Source: Gammaproteobacteria bacterium (lineage in GTDB: Bacteria; Pseudomonadota; Gammaproteobacteria; Pseudomonadales; JADFDG01). From it: a DNA stretch of 64,000 bases. The notes under the pieces were generated by a model, which was not told the origin of the DNA, ran no database searches, and saw nothing but the letters and a program-made list of their open reading frames with translations. The position numbers and the translations under genes are program-made. Below, one piece after another: positions 39,511-48,289 of the stretch. Each line of letters starts with the position of its first letter. The first letter of the stretch is position 1. The DNA lies in assembly GCA_018262975.1 (NCBI GenBank), contig JADFDG010000001.1:163372-227371 (forward strand), read 5' to 3'.

Positions 39511-39738
39511 TGTATCGGTGGCCGTGCTGTGCGTGGGTCGACACTCCTGACAATTCATGGTGTTGCAATGGAAAGGCTATGTATCTTGCTAAGGAATTCT
39601 GGCTATACTCGGGCGCCTCCTTCTCAGCGGAAGGGGTGGCAATACCCGGTGCAATGCGCGACCGGGACCGTCTGTTTTTTTATGAAAATCAGTCGGTTGC
39701 ACCTAAAAAGAATCCGTACAGACGGGACAAGAAAAATA

Positions 39739-40254
39739 ATGGCCACTTTTGTCCGCATCCTGTTTACCGCCGTTCTGGTGACCCTTGCCGCCACGGGCGC
39801 GCAGGCAGCCGAACAGGCCAGCCGCGACCTGCAGGCACTGAAGCAGAACGTCCTCGACCTCAACCGCGAGCTGACCACCCTCGAGCAGCAATTGCTGTAC
39901 CCGAGCACCCAGGTCGCCATGTTCCTGTCGATCGACGTCGGCACCCCGATCCGCCTGGTCGACATCAACCTCGCCATCGACAACAAGAACGTCGGTTACC
40001 ACTTCTATTCCGACCAGGAATTCCAGGCCCTGACCAAGGGCGGCATCCACCGCCTCTACACCGGCAACCTGTCCAGCGGCGAACACACGCTGCGCGCGAC
40101 CATCACCGGCTACGACCCGCAGGGCAAGGACTACCAGCGCACCACCGCCTACAAGTTCGTCAAGGGCGCCGGCCGCAAGATGATCGAACTGAAGGTGGTC
40201 GACGACGTCGAGACCCGCCAGCACAAGTTCGAATTCAAGGAGTGGAGCGAGTAA
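39739..40254 (+). CDS. Secreted 171-aa protein, first gene of the motor/TPR cluster
   Basis: Signal peptide MATFVRILFTAVLVTLAATGAQA|AEQ, a short coiled coil (LQALKQNVLDLNRELTTLEQQLL), then a beta-rich domain. ATG at 39739 in the frame of track ORF 38110..40254. Confidence 0.7.
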   Translation: MATFVRILFTAVLVTLAATGAQAAEQASRDLQALKQNVLDLNRELTTLEQQLLYPSTQVAMFLSIDVGTPIRLVDINLAIDNKNVGYHFYSDQEFQALTKGGIHRLYTGNLSSGEHTLRATITGYDPQGKDYQRTTAYKFVKGAGRKMIELKVVDDVETRQHKFEFKEWSE

Positions 40255-40300
40255 CTCGCCCGTAGCCCCGCCAGCAACCCGCACAGGCACGGTCTCGCGC

Positions 40301-42223
40301 ATGTCGATACGCCGCCGGAAATTCACGCTGCCCGCCGTGGCCGCCCTGGTAGCCGCCGTCGCCTGCAGTGCGGCCATTGGCGCCCCGGCCTCCAAGCGCA
40401 GCTTCGTGCCCGACGATTACGTCGAGCCCCTCGATCCGCCTGCCGTACTGTTCGGCGAGGTGATGTACGAGTACTACAACAACCGCAACCTGCCGGCGAT
40501 CACCCACCTGCTGATCGCCCGCCAGCAGGGCCTGCTGTCCGAGCGCGACGACTACTCGGAAATGCTGCTCGGCGACCTGTACACCAACTTCGGCCTGGTC
40601 GACCGCGCGCAGGCGATCTTCTCGCGCCTGGTCACCCGCGACATCCTCGCCAAGACCCGCAACGAGACCTGGTTCCACACTGCCGAGCTGCAGTACAACC
40701 AGGGCAAGTACGACGAGGCCGCGCGCATCCTCGAGAACAAGATCGAGAACCTGTCGCCGGCCATCGAGAAGGAGCGGCTGGTGCTGCTCGGCAACATCTA
40801 CATCCTGCGCGGCGAGTACCAGCGCGCGGCCGACCTGCTCTCCTCCGTGAAGGCCGATGACGTGGTCGGCGCCTATGCGCTGTACAACGCCGGCGTCGCC
40901 TTCGTCCGCTCCGGCGAGATCGAGCGTGGCATCCCGCTGCTCAAGCGCGTGCGCGACCTGCCGCCGGGTGACGAGGAAACCAACGCCCTCAAGGACCGCG
41001 CGGCACTGGCCGTCGGTTTCACCTGGCTGCAGAAGAACAACCACGACCTGGCGCGCGAATCCCTGCTGACCATCCGCATGGACGGCCCGTTCACCAACCA
41101 GGCGATGCTCGGCCTGGGCTACGCGAACTTCCAGCGCGGCGACTACAAGAAGGCCCTGCCGCTGTGGCTGGAATTGCTGCAGCGCAACACCTCCGACACC
41201 ACCGTGCAGGAAGCGCTGATGCTGGCGCCGCGGGCCTACGAGGAACTCGGCGACCTGCCGCGCGCCCTGTTCGGCTACCGCTACGCTGCCGACACCCTGC
41301 GCGGCGAACTGAAGAAGGTCGAACGCACCATCGTGCGCATCCGCGAGAGCGACTGGATCGACTCGCTGAGCCCCGAGACGGCGAAGGACTCCGCGATCCT
41401 CACCGACCCGCTGGCGCCGGTGACCGGCTACACGCCGGCCAACATCCCGGAAGCGCCCTACCTGTATGCGCTGTTCGCCTCGAACTCGTTCAGCGAGGAC
41501 TACAAGGTCTACCTGGAGCTGAAGCGCATCGAGAAGTTGCTGGACTTCTGGCAGGCACAGTTGCCCATCTACCAGTCCACGCTCGCCCAGCACCGCGTCC
41601 AGCTGGCCACGCTCAAGCCGCGCCTCGACGACACCATCAGCCGCCGCAAGCGCGACGTGGAAGCACTGCGCGCGCAGGTCGCGCCGCTCAAGGCGCGCAT
41701 CGAGAACGCCATCCGCAAGGGCGATCTCGAACAGACCGCGACCCTGCAGCAACTGGCGCAACTGGACGTCGCGCGCGCCATCGAGGCCAGGCTCGGCAAC
41801 AGCACCGGCGCCCAGGCCGAACGCCTGCGGCGGGTCAAGGGACTGGTGATCTGGGACATCGCCGCCAGCGCCACCGCCCAGCAGCAGCAGGCAGTCAAGG
41901 ACATCGAGATCGTGCGCAACGACATCGAGATGGCTGCGTTGCACGTCGAATCGCTGGAGACCCTCCGCACGGACATCCTGCGGCGCATGGGTCCGGAATA
42001 TGACCAGCGCATCGCCGCTGCCGGCGAGCGCCTGCGCGCAATGAAGGATGAAATCACCCAGCGCCTGAAGGCACAGACCGTGGCCCTGCAGAACCAGGCG
42101 CTCGTGGTACTGGCTGAAAACCGCCGCAACCTGGGCGCGCAGCTCGCCGAGACGCACCTGTCCATCGCCCGCCTGCAGGACACCTCGGTCAGCGAGGCCA
42201 TCGAGAAGAGGAAGCGCCAGTGA
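40301..42223 (+). CDS. Exported TPR + long coiled-coil protein (640 aa)
   Basis: N-terminal signal sequence, at least 7 TPR-like repeats in the first ~330 aa, and a heptad-rich, Gln/Arg/Leu/Ala-rich C-terminal ~260 aa. Confidence 0.8.
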   Translation: MSIRRRKFTLPAVAALVAAVACSAAIGAPASKRSFVPDDYVEPLDPPAVLFGEVMYEYYNNRNLPAITHLLIARQQGLLSERDDYSEMLLGDLYTNFGLVDRAQAIFSRLVTRDILAKTRNETWFHTAELQYNQGKYDEAARILENKIENLSPAIEKERLVLLGNIYILRGEYQRAADLLSSVKADDVVGAYALYNAGVAFVRSGEIERGIPLLKRVRDLPPGDEETNALKDRAALAVGFTWLQKNNHDLARESLLTIRMDGPFTNQAMLGLGYANFQRGDYKKALPLWLELLQRNTSDTTVQEALMLAPRAYEELGDLPRALFGYRYAADTLRGELKKVERTIVRIRESDWIDSLSPETAKDSAILTDPLAPVTGYTPANIPEAPYLYALFASNSFSEDYKVYLELKRIEKLLDFWQAQLPIYQSTLAQHRVQLATLKPRLDDTISRRKRDVEALRAQVAPLKARIENAIRKGDLEQTATLQQLAQLDVARAIEARLGNSTGAQAERLRRVKGLVIWDIAASATAQQQQAVKDIEIVRNDIEMAALHVESLETLRTDILRRMGPEYDQRIAAAGERLRAMKDEITQRLKAQTVALQNQALVVLAENRRNLGAQLAETHLSIARLQDTSVSEAIEKRKRQ

Positions 42224-45200
42224 CGTTTGCTGCCCGCCATCGCCTGCCGTTCCGGCTGACCCCGCTGGCCCTTGCCGCACTGCTGGCAGCCGGTTGCGGC
42301 ACCACCGGAAGCACACCAACGGGCACGGCCGCCACGCAGTCGGCACAGAGCCGTTATGCATCGCAGACACTGGCCGACCTCGAGAGCGTCGAGGTGGAAG
42401 TCCAGCAAGGCAGCATCGAGGAATCCGCGTCCATCGAAGGTGCGCTGGAGAGCTACAAGCAGGCCGTGCAGTTGTTCAACGACCCGGAAAAGCGCGTCGA
42501 GTCACTGCGCCGCATGGCCGACCTTGCCATGGCCGCATCCACCGAGAAGGAAGGTGAAGCCCCGGTTTCGCTGGAAGAAAAGCCGGTGGTGCCGGCGCAG
42601 CTTTCCGAGTCCGAGGAAGTCAAGCTCGACCGCGACATCGACGCCATGCTGTTCAAGAGCTTCATGGAAGGCGCCACCAACGCCAAGTCGCAGGAAGAGA
42701 TGTACCGCATGCTCGACCTCGCCGGTGGCATCGCCCCGGAACTCGAGGGCACCGAGCTGGCGGCCAACTATGACACCGCGGTCATCCTCTACCAGTCGGT
42801 GATCAAGAACACCAAGGATTCGAAGGAAAAAGCCGAGGCCTATTACCTGCTGGCCAAGGCCTATGACATCGGCGGCAAGCACGAGGAGTCCGTCGCCACC
42901 CTCAAGGAACTCGGCCGCCTTTACCCGGACAGCACCTTCTACCTCGAGGCGCAGTTCCGCCTGGGCGAGAGCTACTTCAGCGAGGGTGAGTACGACCTCG
43001 CCACCGCCGCCTACTCCGAGGTCATCCAGGCGGGCGCGACGACCGCATTCTTCGAGCAGTCCATCTACAAGCGCGGCTGGAGCCAGTACAAGGTCTCCGA
43101 GTACGAGAAGGCGCTGGTCGACTTTTTCAGGTTGATTGACCTGGTGTCTGCCCAGCCGGCCCAGGGCAAGGACGCGGACCGCAACGCCCGCCTGCTCGAC
43201 GACACCTTCCGCGTCGCCAGCATGTCGTTCAACAACCTCGACGGCGCGAAGTCGGTGAAGGCCTGGTTCGCCCGCAACGGCCACAAGCCGTACGAGAACC
43301 GCGTGTACCGCGCGCTGGGCGACATCTACGTCAAGCAGGAACGCTACGCGGACGCCGCCGAGACCTACGAGGCGTTCGTCACGCTGTACCCGGATGACGA
43401 CCTGGCGCCGGAATTTTCCTCCAGCGCGATCAAGGCGCTGCAGGACGGCGGCTTCCCGACCCAGGTACTGCCGGCCAAGGAACGCTTCGTGAAGGCCTAT
43501 GGCCTCGACAGCGCGTACTGGAAGAAGCATGCAAAGCAGCGCCAGGAATACCTGCCGCTGCTCAAGTCGCACCTGCTCGACCTGGCACGCCACTACCACG
43601 CCACCGCGCAGAAGTCCGGCGACAGCGCCGGCTTCCTGGTGGCCGCGGGCTGGTACGAGCAGTTGCTGCGCACCGACCCGGCTGATGCCGGCGCGGCCAC
43701 CGTCAACCAGCTGTACGCCGAGGCGCTGTTCTCCGGCAAGGAATTCGCGCGCGCGGTGCGTGAATTCGAACGCACGGCCTACGAATACGCCGGCTACGAC
43801 AAGGCCTCCGAATCGGCCTACTTCGGCCTGGTGGCCTACCAGGCGTGGAGCGACAACCTCGAGAAGGACCAGGCGCGCGCCGCCGAACTGCAGCAACTGC
43901 TCGGCCGCAAGATCGACGCCGGCCTGAAGTTCGCGCGCACCTTCCCGTCGCACGAAAAGACCCCGAAAGTGCTGCAGAGCATCACCGAGGACCAGCTGGC
44001 ACGGAAGGATGTGCCCGGCGCGGTCGCCACCGCGGGTATGCTGGTGTCGCTCAACCCGCCGGCATCCATCGACCTGCAGAAGTACGGCTGGCAGACCATC
44101 GCCAACGGCGAATTCGACCTCGGCCGCCACAAGGTCGCGGAGTTTGCCTACGGCAAGGTGCTGGGCTTCCAGGACCTGACGCCGGCCGAGCGCAAGACCT
44201 ACAACGAGCGACTGGCCGCCAGCATCTACAAGCAGGGCGAGAAACTCATCGCCGAGGGCAAGGAGCTGGAAGGTGCGCAGGAATTCCTGCGCGTGGGCAC
44301 CGTGGTGCCGGACGCCGAGGTGCGCGCCAACGCCGAGTTCGATGCCGCCACCATCTTCCTGAAGAAGGAGCAGTACACGGCTGCCATCCCGGTGCTCGAG
44401 CAGTTCCGCACGCGCTGGCCGAAGAACACCCTGGCCGACACCATCCCCGACAAGCTGGCGCTCGCCTACGAGAAGACCGGCAACTGGGCCGGCGCCGCGC
44501 GCGAGATGGAAACCATCCACGACGTCAACCTGAAGGCGCAGCCGGAACTGGCCCGCGTGGCCTTGTGGCAGGCCGCCGAGCTCACCGGGAAAGCCGGCAA
44601 CGAGGATGGCGAGCTGCGCCTGTACGCGAAGTACGTGGCCGAGAACCCGGCACCGCTCGAAGCGCGCATGGAAGCCCAGTACCGCTTGCTGAAGATCCAC
44701 GAAAAGCGTGGCGACCTGAAGGCACGCGACACCATGCTGGCGGCACTGTCCGCGGGTGCGCGCGGCGCCGGCGGCGATGCCACGCCGCGCACCAACTACC
44801 TGGGCGCATTCGCATCGTTCACGCTGGCCGAGCCCACGTTCCTGCGCTTCACCGAGTACAAGTTGCGTGCGCCGCTGAAGACGTCGCTGGCCGAGAAGCG
44901 CCGCCTGATGCAGTCGGCGCTCGACGCTTACTCCACCACCGCGAAGCTGGGCGTCGCCGAGTACACGTCGGCAGCCCAGTTCCGCACCGCCGAGGTCTAC
45001 CGCATCCTTGCCGCCGACCTGATGTCGTCGGAGCGACCCAAGGGCCTCGACGAACTTGAACTCGAACAGTACGACCTGCTGCTCGAGGAACAGGCCCTGC
45101 CCTTCGAGGACAAGGCGATCGAGCTGTACACGATCAACGCCAACCTCGTGAAGCAGGACGTCTACGACGAGTGGGTCAGGAAGAGCATCAAGGCGCTGGC

Positions 45201-45267
45201 GGTCCTGCAACCGGGTCGCTACGGCAAGAAGGAACAGGCGGAAGACTATGTCGATGTCATTTACTGA
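42220..45267 (+). CDS. Large TPR lipoprotein (1015 aa)
   Basis: Lipobox LLAAGC. TPR / YbgF-like repeats run throughout. The GTG start overlaps the upstream stop (GTGA). Confidence 0.82.
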   Translation: MTFAARHRLPFRLTPLALAALLAAGCGTTGSTPTGTAATQSAQSRYASQTLADLESVEVEVQQGSIEESASIEGALESYKQAVQLFNDPEKRVESLRRMADLAMAASTEKEGEAPVSLEEKPVVPAQLSESEEVKLDRDIDAMLFKSFMEGATNAKSQEEMYRMLDLAGGIAPELEGTELAANYDTAVILYQSVIKNTKDSKEKAEAYYLLAKAYDIGGKHEESVATLKELGRLYPDSTFYLEAQFRLGESYFSEGEYDLATAAYSEVIQAGATTAFFEQSIYKRGWSQYKVSEYEKALVDFFRLIDLVSAQPAQGKDADRNARLLDDTFRVASMSFNNLDGAKSVKAWFARNGHKPYENRVYRALGDIYVKQERYADAAETYEAFVTLYPDDDLAPEFSSSAIKALQDGGFPTQVLPAKERFVKAYGLDSAYWKKHAKQRQEYLPLLKSHLLDLARHYHATAQKSGDSAGFLVAAGWYEQLLRTDPADAGAATVNQLYAEALFSGKEFARAVREFERTAYEYAGYDKASESAYFGLVAYQAWSDNLEKDQARAAELQQLLGRKIDAGLKFARTFPSHEKTPKVLQSITEDQLARKDVPGAVATAGMLVSLNPPASIDLQKYGWQTIANGEFDLGRHKVAEFAYGKVLGFQDLTPAERKTYNERLAASIYKQGEKLIAEGKELEGAQEFLRVGTVVPDAEVRANAEFDAATIFLKKEQYTAAIPVLEQFRTRWPKNTLADTIPDKLALAYEKTGNWAGAAREMETIHDVNLKAQPELARVALWQAAELTGKAGNEDGELRLYAKYVAENPAPLEARMEAQYRLLKIHEKRGDLKARDTMLAALSAGARGAGGDATPRTNYLGAFASFTLAEPTFLRFTEYKLRAPLKTSLAEKRRLMQSALDAYSTTAKLGVAEYTSAAQFRTAEVYRILAADLMSSERPKGLDELELEQYDLLLEEQALPFEDKAIELYTINANLVKQDVYDEWVRKSIKALAVLQPGRYGKKEQAEDYVDVIY

Positions 45268-46078
45268 CCGCGCTCCGCGCCTGCTGATCGCCGCGACGCT
45301 GGCCGCGGCGTTGGCGGCCTGCAGCAGTGCGCCGAAGCAACAGGGTGGCGACACCGCCGGCGTCGACAACGTGAACGTGATCAAGCCCGTGCGCGCCCAG
45401 GCCGCCGCGCCCGCCGCGGTTGCCAGCGACACCGCCCACGTGACCACCGTGACCGCCAGTCCGCAGGCGCAGGCCGCCGCGCAGCAGGCGGCACCCGAGT
45501 ACTTCGCGGCCATGCAGCTGTTGCAGGCCGGCAAGCTCGACGAGGCACAGAAAGCGTTCGCTGCGCTGGCGGTGAAATTCCCGAGCCTGTCCGGCCCGGT
45601 GGTCAACCAGGCGCTGATCGCGCTGCGCAACGAGCGCTGGGACGACGCGCTGGCACTGGCCGACCGCGCGCTCAAGGTCAATGCGCGCAACCCGTTCGCC
45701 TGGAACATGCGCGGCATGGCACTGCGCGAGCAAGGCAAGTTCGCCGACGCCCGCAAGTCCTATGAGAGCGCGCTGGCCATCGACCCCAATTACGCCAAGG
45801 CACACTTCAACCTCGGCGTGCTGGCCGACCTGTACCTGCAGGACCTGCCGCTGGCACTGGCGCACTACGAGAAGTACCAGTCGCTGCAGCGCAAGCCCGA
45901 CCAGGCCGTAGGCAACTGGATTGCCGACCTGCGCAACCGCCTGGGGCTGCCCGCCCCGGCAGCTCCCGCAGCTCCGGCAGCACCTGCACCGGCAGCAGCG
46001 CCGGCCGGCGGCGAATCCGCGCCGGCGGCGGGCGACCCCGAAACCGGCACCGATACCATCCCGGCCCAGGCAGGGTGA
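45248..46078 (+). CDS. TPR lipoprotein (276 aa) with Pro/Ala-rich C-terminus
   Basis: Lipobox LAAC, 3-4 TPRs (NPFAWNMRGMALREQGKFADARKSYESALAIDPNY...) and a PAPAAPAAPAAPAP tail. The start overlaps the upstream gene by 20 nt. Confidence 0.8.
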   Translation: MSMSFTDRAPRLLIAATLAAALAACSSAPKQQGGDTAGVDNVNVIKPVRAQAAAPAAVASDTAHVTTVTASPQAQAAAQQAAPEYFAAMQLLQAGKLDEAQKAFAALAVKFPSLSGPVVNQALIALRNERWDDALALADRALKVNARNPFAWNMRGMALREQGKFADARKSYESALAIDPNYAKAHFNLGVLADLYLQDLPLALAHYEKYQSLQRKPDQAVGNWIADLRNRLGLPAPAAPAAPAAPAPAAAPAGGESAPAAGDPETGTDTIPAQAG

Positions 46079-46083
46079 ACGAC

Positions 46084-46395
46084 ATGAACAGACTCGCACG
46101 CATGGCCACCGTCCTCGCCGCCCTCCTCGCCGTCCCGGCGTGGGCAGCCGACCCGCAGCCCGCCGCCAAGCCGGGCAGCAACGGCAAGGCAGACGCGCTC
46201 TCCACCAACGTCATCGGCTCCCAGGAAGCACCCACGGTGCTCAACGTCGTGCCGTGGAAGGACAAGGAAGTGAAACTGGAGAAGAAATCTCCGACCACCT
46301 CCATTCTCAACCAGGTCCTGCAGCCACTGGATCGTGACGTACTGCGCCGCGAGGTGCAGTACTTCCGCAGCCTGCAGGAAAACAAGACCAACTGA
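46084..46395 (+). CDS. Small secreted protein (103 aa)
   Basis: Signal peptide MNRLARMATVLAALLAVPAWA|ADP. An alternative GTG at 46075 overlaps the upstream stop (GTGA). Confidence 0.65.
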   Translation: MNRLARMATVLAALLAVPAWAADPQPAAKPGSNGKADALSTNVIGSQEAPTVLNVVPWKDKEVKLEKKSPTTSILNQVLQPLDRDVLRREVQYFRSLQENKTN

Positions 46396-46482
46396 CAAAC
46401 CCCGGCGCGTCCACCGCGCCTCGCTCCACCCGCCAACACCACAACCACAAACTGACATTCGATTCACATACAGGAGATACCC

Positions 46483-47160
46483 ATGGCAACTGCAGCCGAC
46501 CCCGGTTTCATGATGAGCAGCGTCCGCTTCTTCCAGGATGGCGGCCCCTGGATGTGGCCCATCCTCGTGGTATTCCTGCTCGGCATTGCCCTGGTCGTCG
46601 AACGTTTCATTTACCTGCAGATGGTGACCGGCAAGAACAGCCGCGTGTGGGGTGAGATCTACCCGCTGCTTGCCAAGGGCCAGTTCAAGCAGGTCATGGA
46701 AATTGCCAAGGGCAACGACACCTTCATTTCCGGCATCATCGGTGCCGGCCTGACCCGCGCCACCATTACCCGCCGCCACGAGGATATCGGCCTGGCGATG
46801 GAGGAGTCGCTGATGGAGGTCATGCCGCGACTCGAGCAGCGCACCCCTTACATCGCCACGCTGGCCAACATCGCCACCCTGCTTGGCCTGCTCGGCACCA
46901 TCATGGGCCTGATCGATGCGTTTACCGCCATCGCCAGTGCCGACCCGGCACAGAAAGCAGCCATCCTGTCGTCGTCGATTTCGGTCGCGATGAACACCAC
47001 GGCGTTCGGCCTGATTGCCGCCATCCCGCTGATGCTGGCCTTCACCTACCTGCAGTCGAAGACGGCGAAAGTCGTCGAGAGCATGGAGATGGCCTCCGTC
47101 AAACTGCTGAACATCTACCGCCAGCTGTCCGCTGCCTCCGAGAAGAACCAGGGTGACTGA
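46483..47160 (+). CDS. MotA/TolQ/ExbB-family proton channel
   Basis: Three TM segments and the conserved LLGLLGTIMGLI...TTAFGLIAAIPLMLAFTYL core. AGGAG lies 6 nt upstream of the ATG. Confidence 0.9.
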   Translation: MATAADPGFMMSSVRFFQDGGPWMWPILVVFLLGIALVVERFIYLQMVTGKNSRVWGEIYPLLAKGQFKQVMEIAKGNDTFISGIIGAGLTRATITRRHEDIGLAMEESLMEVMPRLEQRTPYIATLANIATLLGLLGTIMGLIDAFTAIASADPAQKAAILSSSISVAMNTTAFGLIAAIPLMLAFTYLQSKTAKVVESMEMASVKLLNIYRQLSAASEKNQGD

Positions 47161-47219
47161 CCGGCGGGCCTGCCCAGGCTCGCCTTTCTACAGTGCCCGG
47201 ATGATCCGGAGGACCGAAC

Positions 47220-47762
47220 ATGAGTTCACGCAAGAAACCGCGTGTAACCGACGTCGAGCTGAACATCACGACCTTCATGAACCTGATGGTCGTCCTGATT
47301 CCGTTCCTGCTGCTCGACGCGGTATTCACGCAGATGTCGATATTGCAGCTGACGCTGCCCTCTTCGGCCGAGGCACCGCCTTCGCCGGAGGAGGACCGCA
47401 AGCCGTTCTCGCTGGAAGTGCTGATCTACAAGAACCGCTATGAGCTGGTGGACCGCAAGTCCGAATCCGTGCTCTCGGTGATTCCCGTTGCCGCCGACGG
47501 CAAGCACGATACCGCCAAGCTTCACGAAACGCTGGTGCGCCTGAAGGGCCGCGCCGACGAGTTCGGTGAGCCGGTACGCGACATTGCCATCCTCTGCGAG
47601 AAGGACACGCCCTACGAGATCCTCATCATGACGATGGATACCGTGCGCGTGACCGATACCATGGTGAACGGCACGTCGATCAAGAAGGAGCTGTTCCCGG
47701 ACATCTCCATCGGCACGGCACCGGCCGACCAGTCGGGTGTGGCACCGGGAGGTGCGGCATGA
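47220..47762 (+). CDS. ExbD/TolR-family protein 1 (Asn at the conserved TM Asp position)
   Basis: Single N-terminal TM (ELNITTFMNLMVVLIPFLLL) and an ExbD-like periplasmic domain. GGAGG RBS. Confidence 0.85.
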   Translation: MSSRKKPRVTDVELNITTFMNLMVVLIPFLLLDAVFTQMSILQLTLPSSAEAPPSPEEDRKPFSLEVLIYKNRYELVDRKSESVLSVIPVAADGKHDTAKLHETLVRLKGRADEFGEPVRDIAILCEKDTPYEILIMTMDTVRVTDTMVNGTSIKKELFPDISIGTAPADQSGVAPGGAA

Positions 47763-48289
47763 GCCTGCAGAAGCCTACTGCCAAGCAGCGGCGCATGCAG
47801 CGCCGCGCCAAGCACCTGGCACCGACGACGTTGAGCCTGACGTCCCTGATGGACATCTTCACGATCCTGCTGTTCTTCCTGCTGGTGAGCGTTTCGACGT
47901 CGCAGAAAATGCCCGACGAGCGCTACATCCTGCTGCCGAAATCCAGCGCCGAGGAGTTGCCCAAGGAGACGCTCACGGTCGAGGTCAGCGGCAACACGAT
48001 CATCGTGCAGGGCCAGCTGATTGCCGAAACCACGCAGGTCGCCGCCCAGGAAGGCGTATTGATCGCCAAGCTCAAGGAAGAACTGGACTACCAGGCCGCC
48101 AAGTCGGCAGCGCCGCTCAATGAGGCCGGCGTTCCGGAGCGGGAAGTCACGATCCTCATGGACAGCAAGGTTCCCTATGCCGTCCTCGACAAGATCATGA
48201 AGACCTGCATGGTGACCGAGTACAGCAAGATCTCGTTCGCGGTGATGCAGGACAAGAAGAAGCCGGCCACCGGCGGGGAGGGCTCCTGA
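47759..48289 (+). CDS. ExbD/TolR-family protein 2 (conserved TM Asp present)
   Basis: TM segment LSLTSLMDIFTILLFFLLV with Asp32. ATGA overlap with the upstream gene; GGGAGG RBS. Confidence 0.85.
   Translation: MSLQKPTAKQRRMQRRAKHLAPTTLSLTSLMDIFTILLFFLLVSVSTSQKMPDERYILLPKSSAEELPKETLTVEVSGNTIIVQGQLIAETTQVAAQEGVLIAKLKEELDYQAAKSAAPLNEAGVPEREVTILMDSKVPYAVLDKIMKTCMVTEYSKISFAVMQDKKKPATGGEGS

Noticed and set aside
39570-39616. Possible sigma54 (-24 GG / -12 GC) promoter for the motor/TPR cluster.
   Set aside because: In TGGCTATACTCGGGC, the GG-N10-GC spacing is right, but the -12 element is GGGC rather than TTGC. The better TTGCT element (39586-39590) is 11 nt from its nearest upstream GG, rather than the required 10. 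No bacterial enhancer-binding protein is encoded nearby.
42502-45756. 1084-aa minus-strand ORF, the longest of many antisense ORFs in the track. Others include 56510..59992 (1160 aa), 10833..12611, 19447..21978, 28197..30920, 13389..15773 and 52603..54286.
   Set aside because: Each lies exactly opposite a gene with strong, recognisable family motifs (TPR lipoprotein, crbS, rpsA, gyrA, scpA/trpS, aroA, and the NTase). Their translations are Arg/Ala/Gly/His/Gln-rich low-complexity strings with no motifs. Long stop-free antisense frames are expected in DNA this GC-rich.
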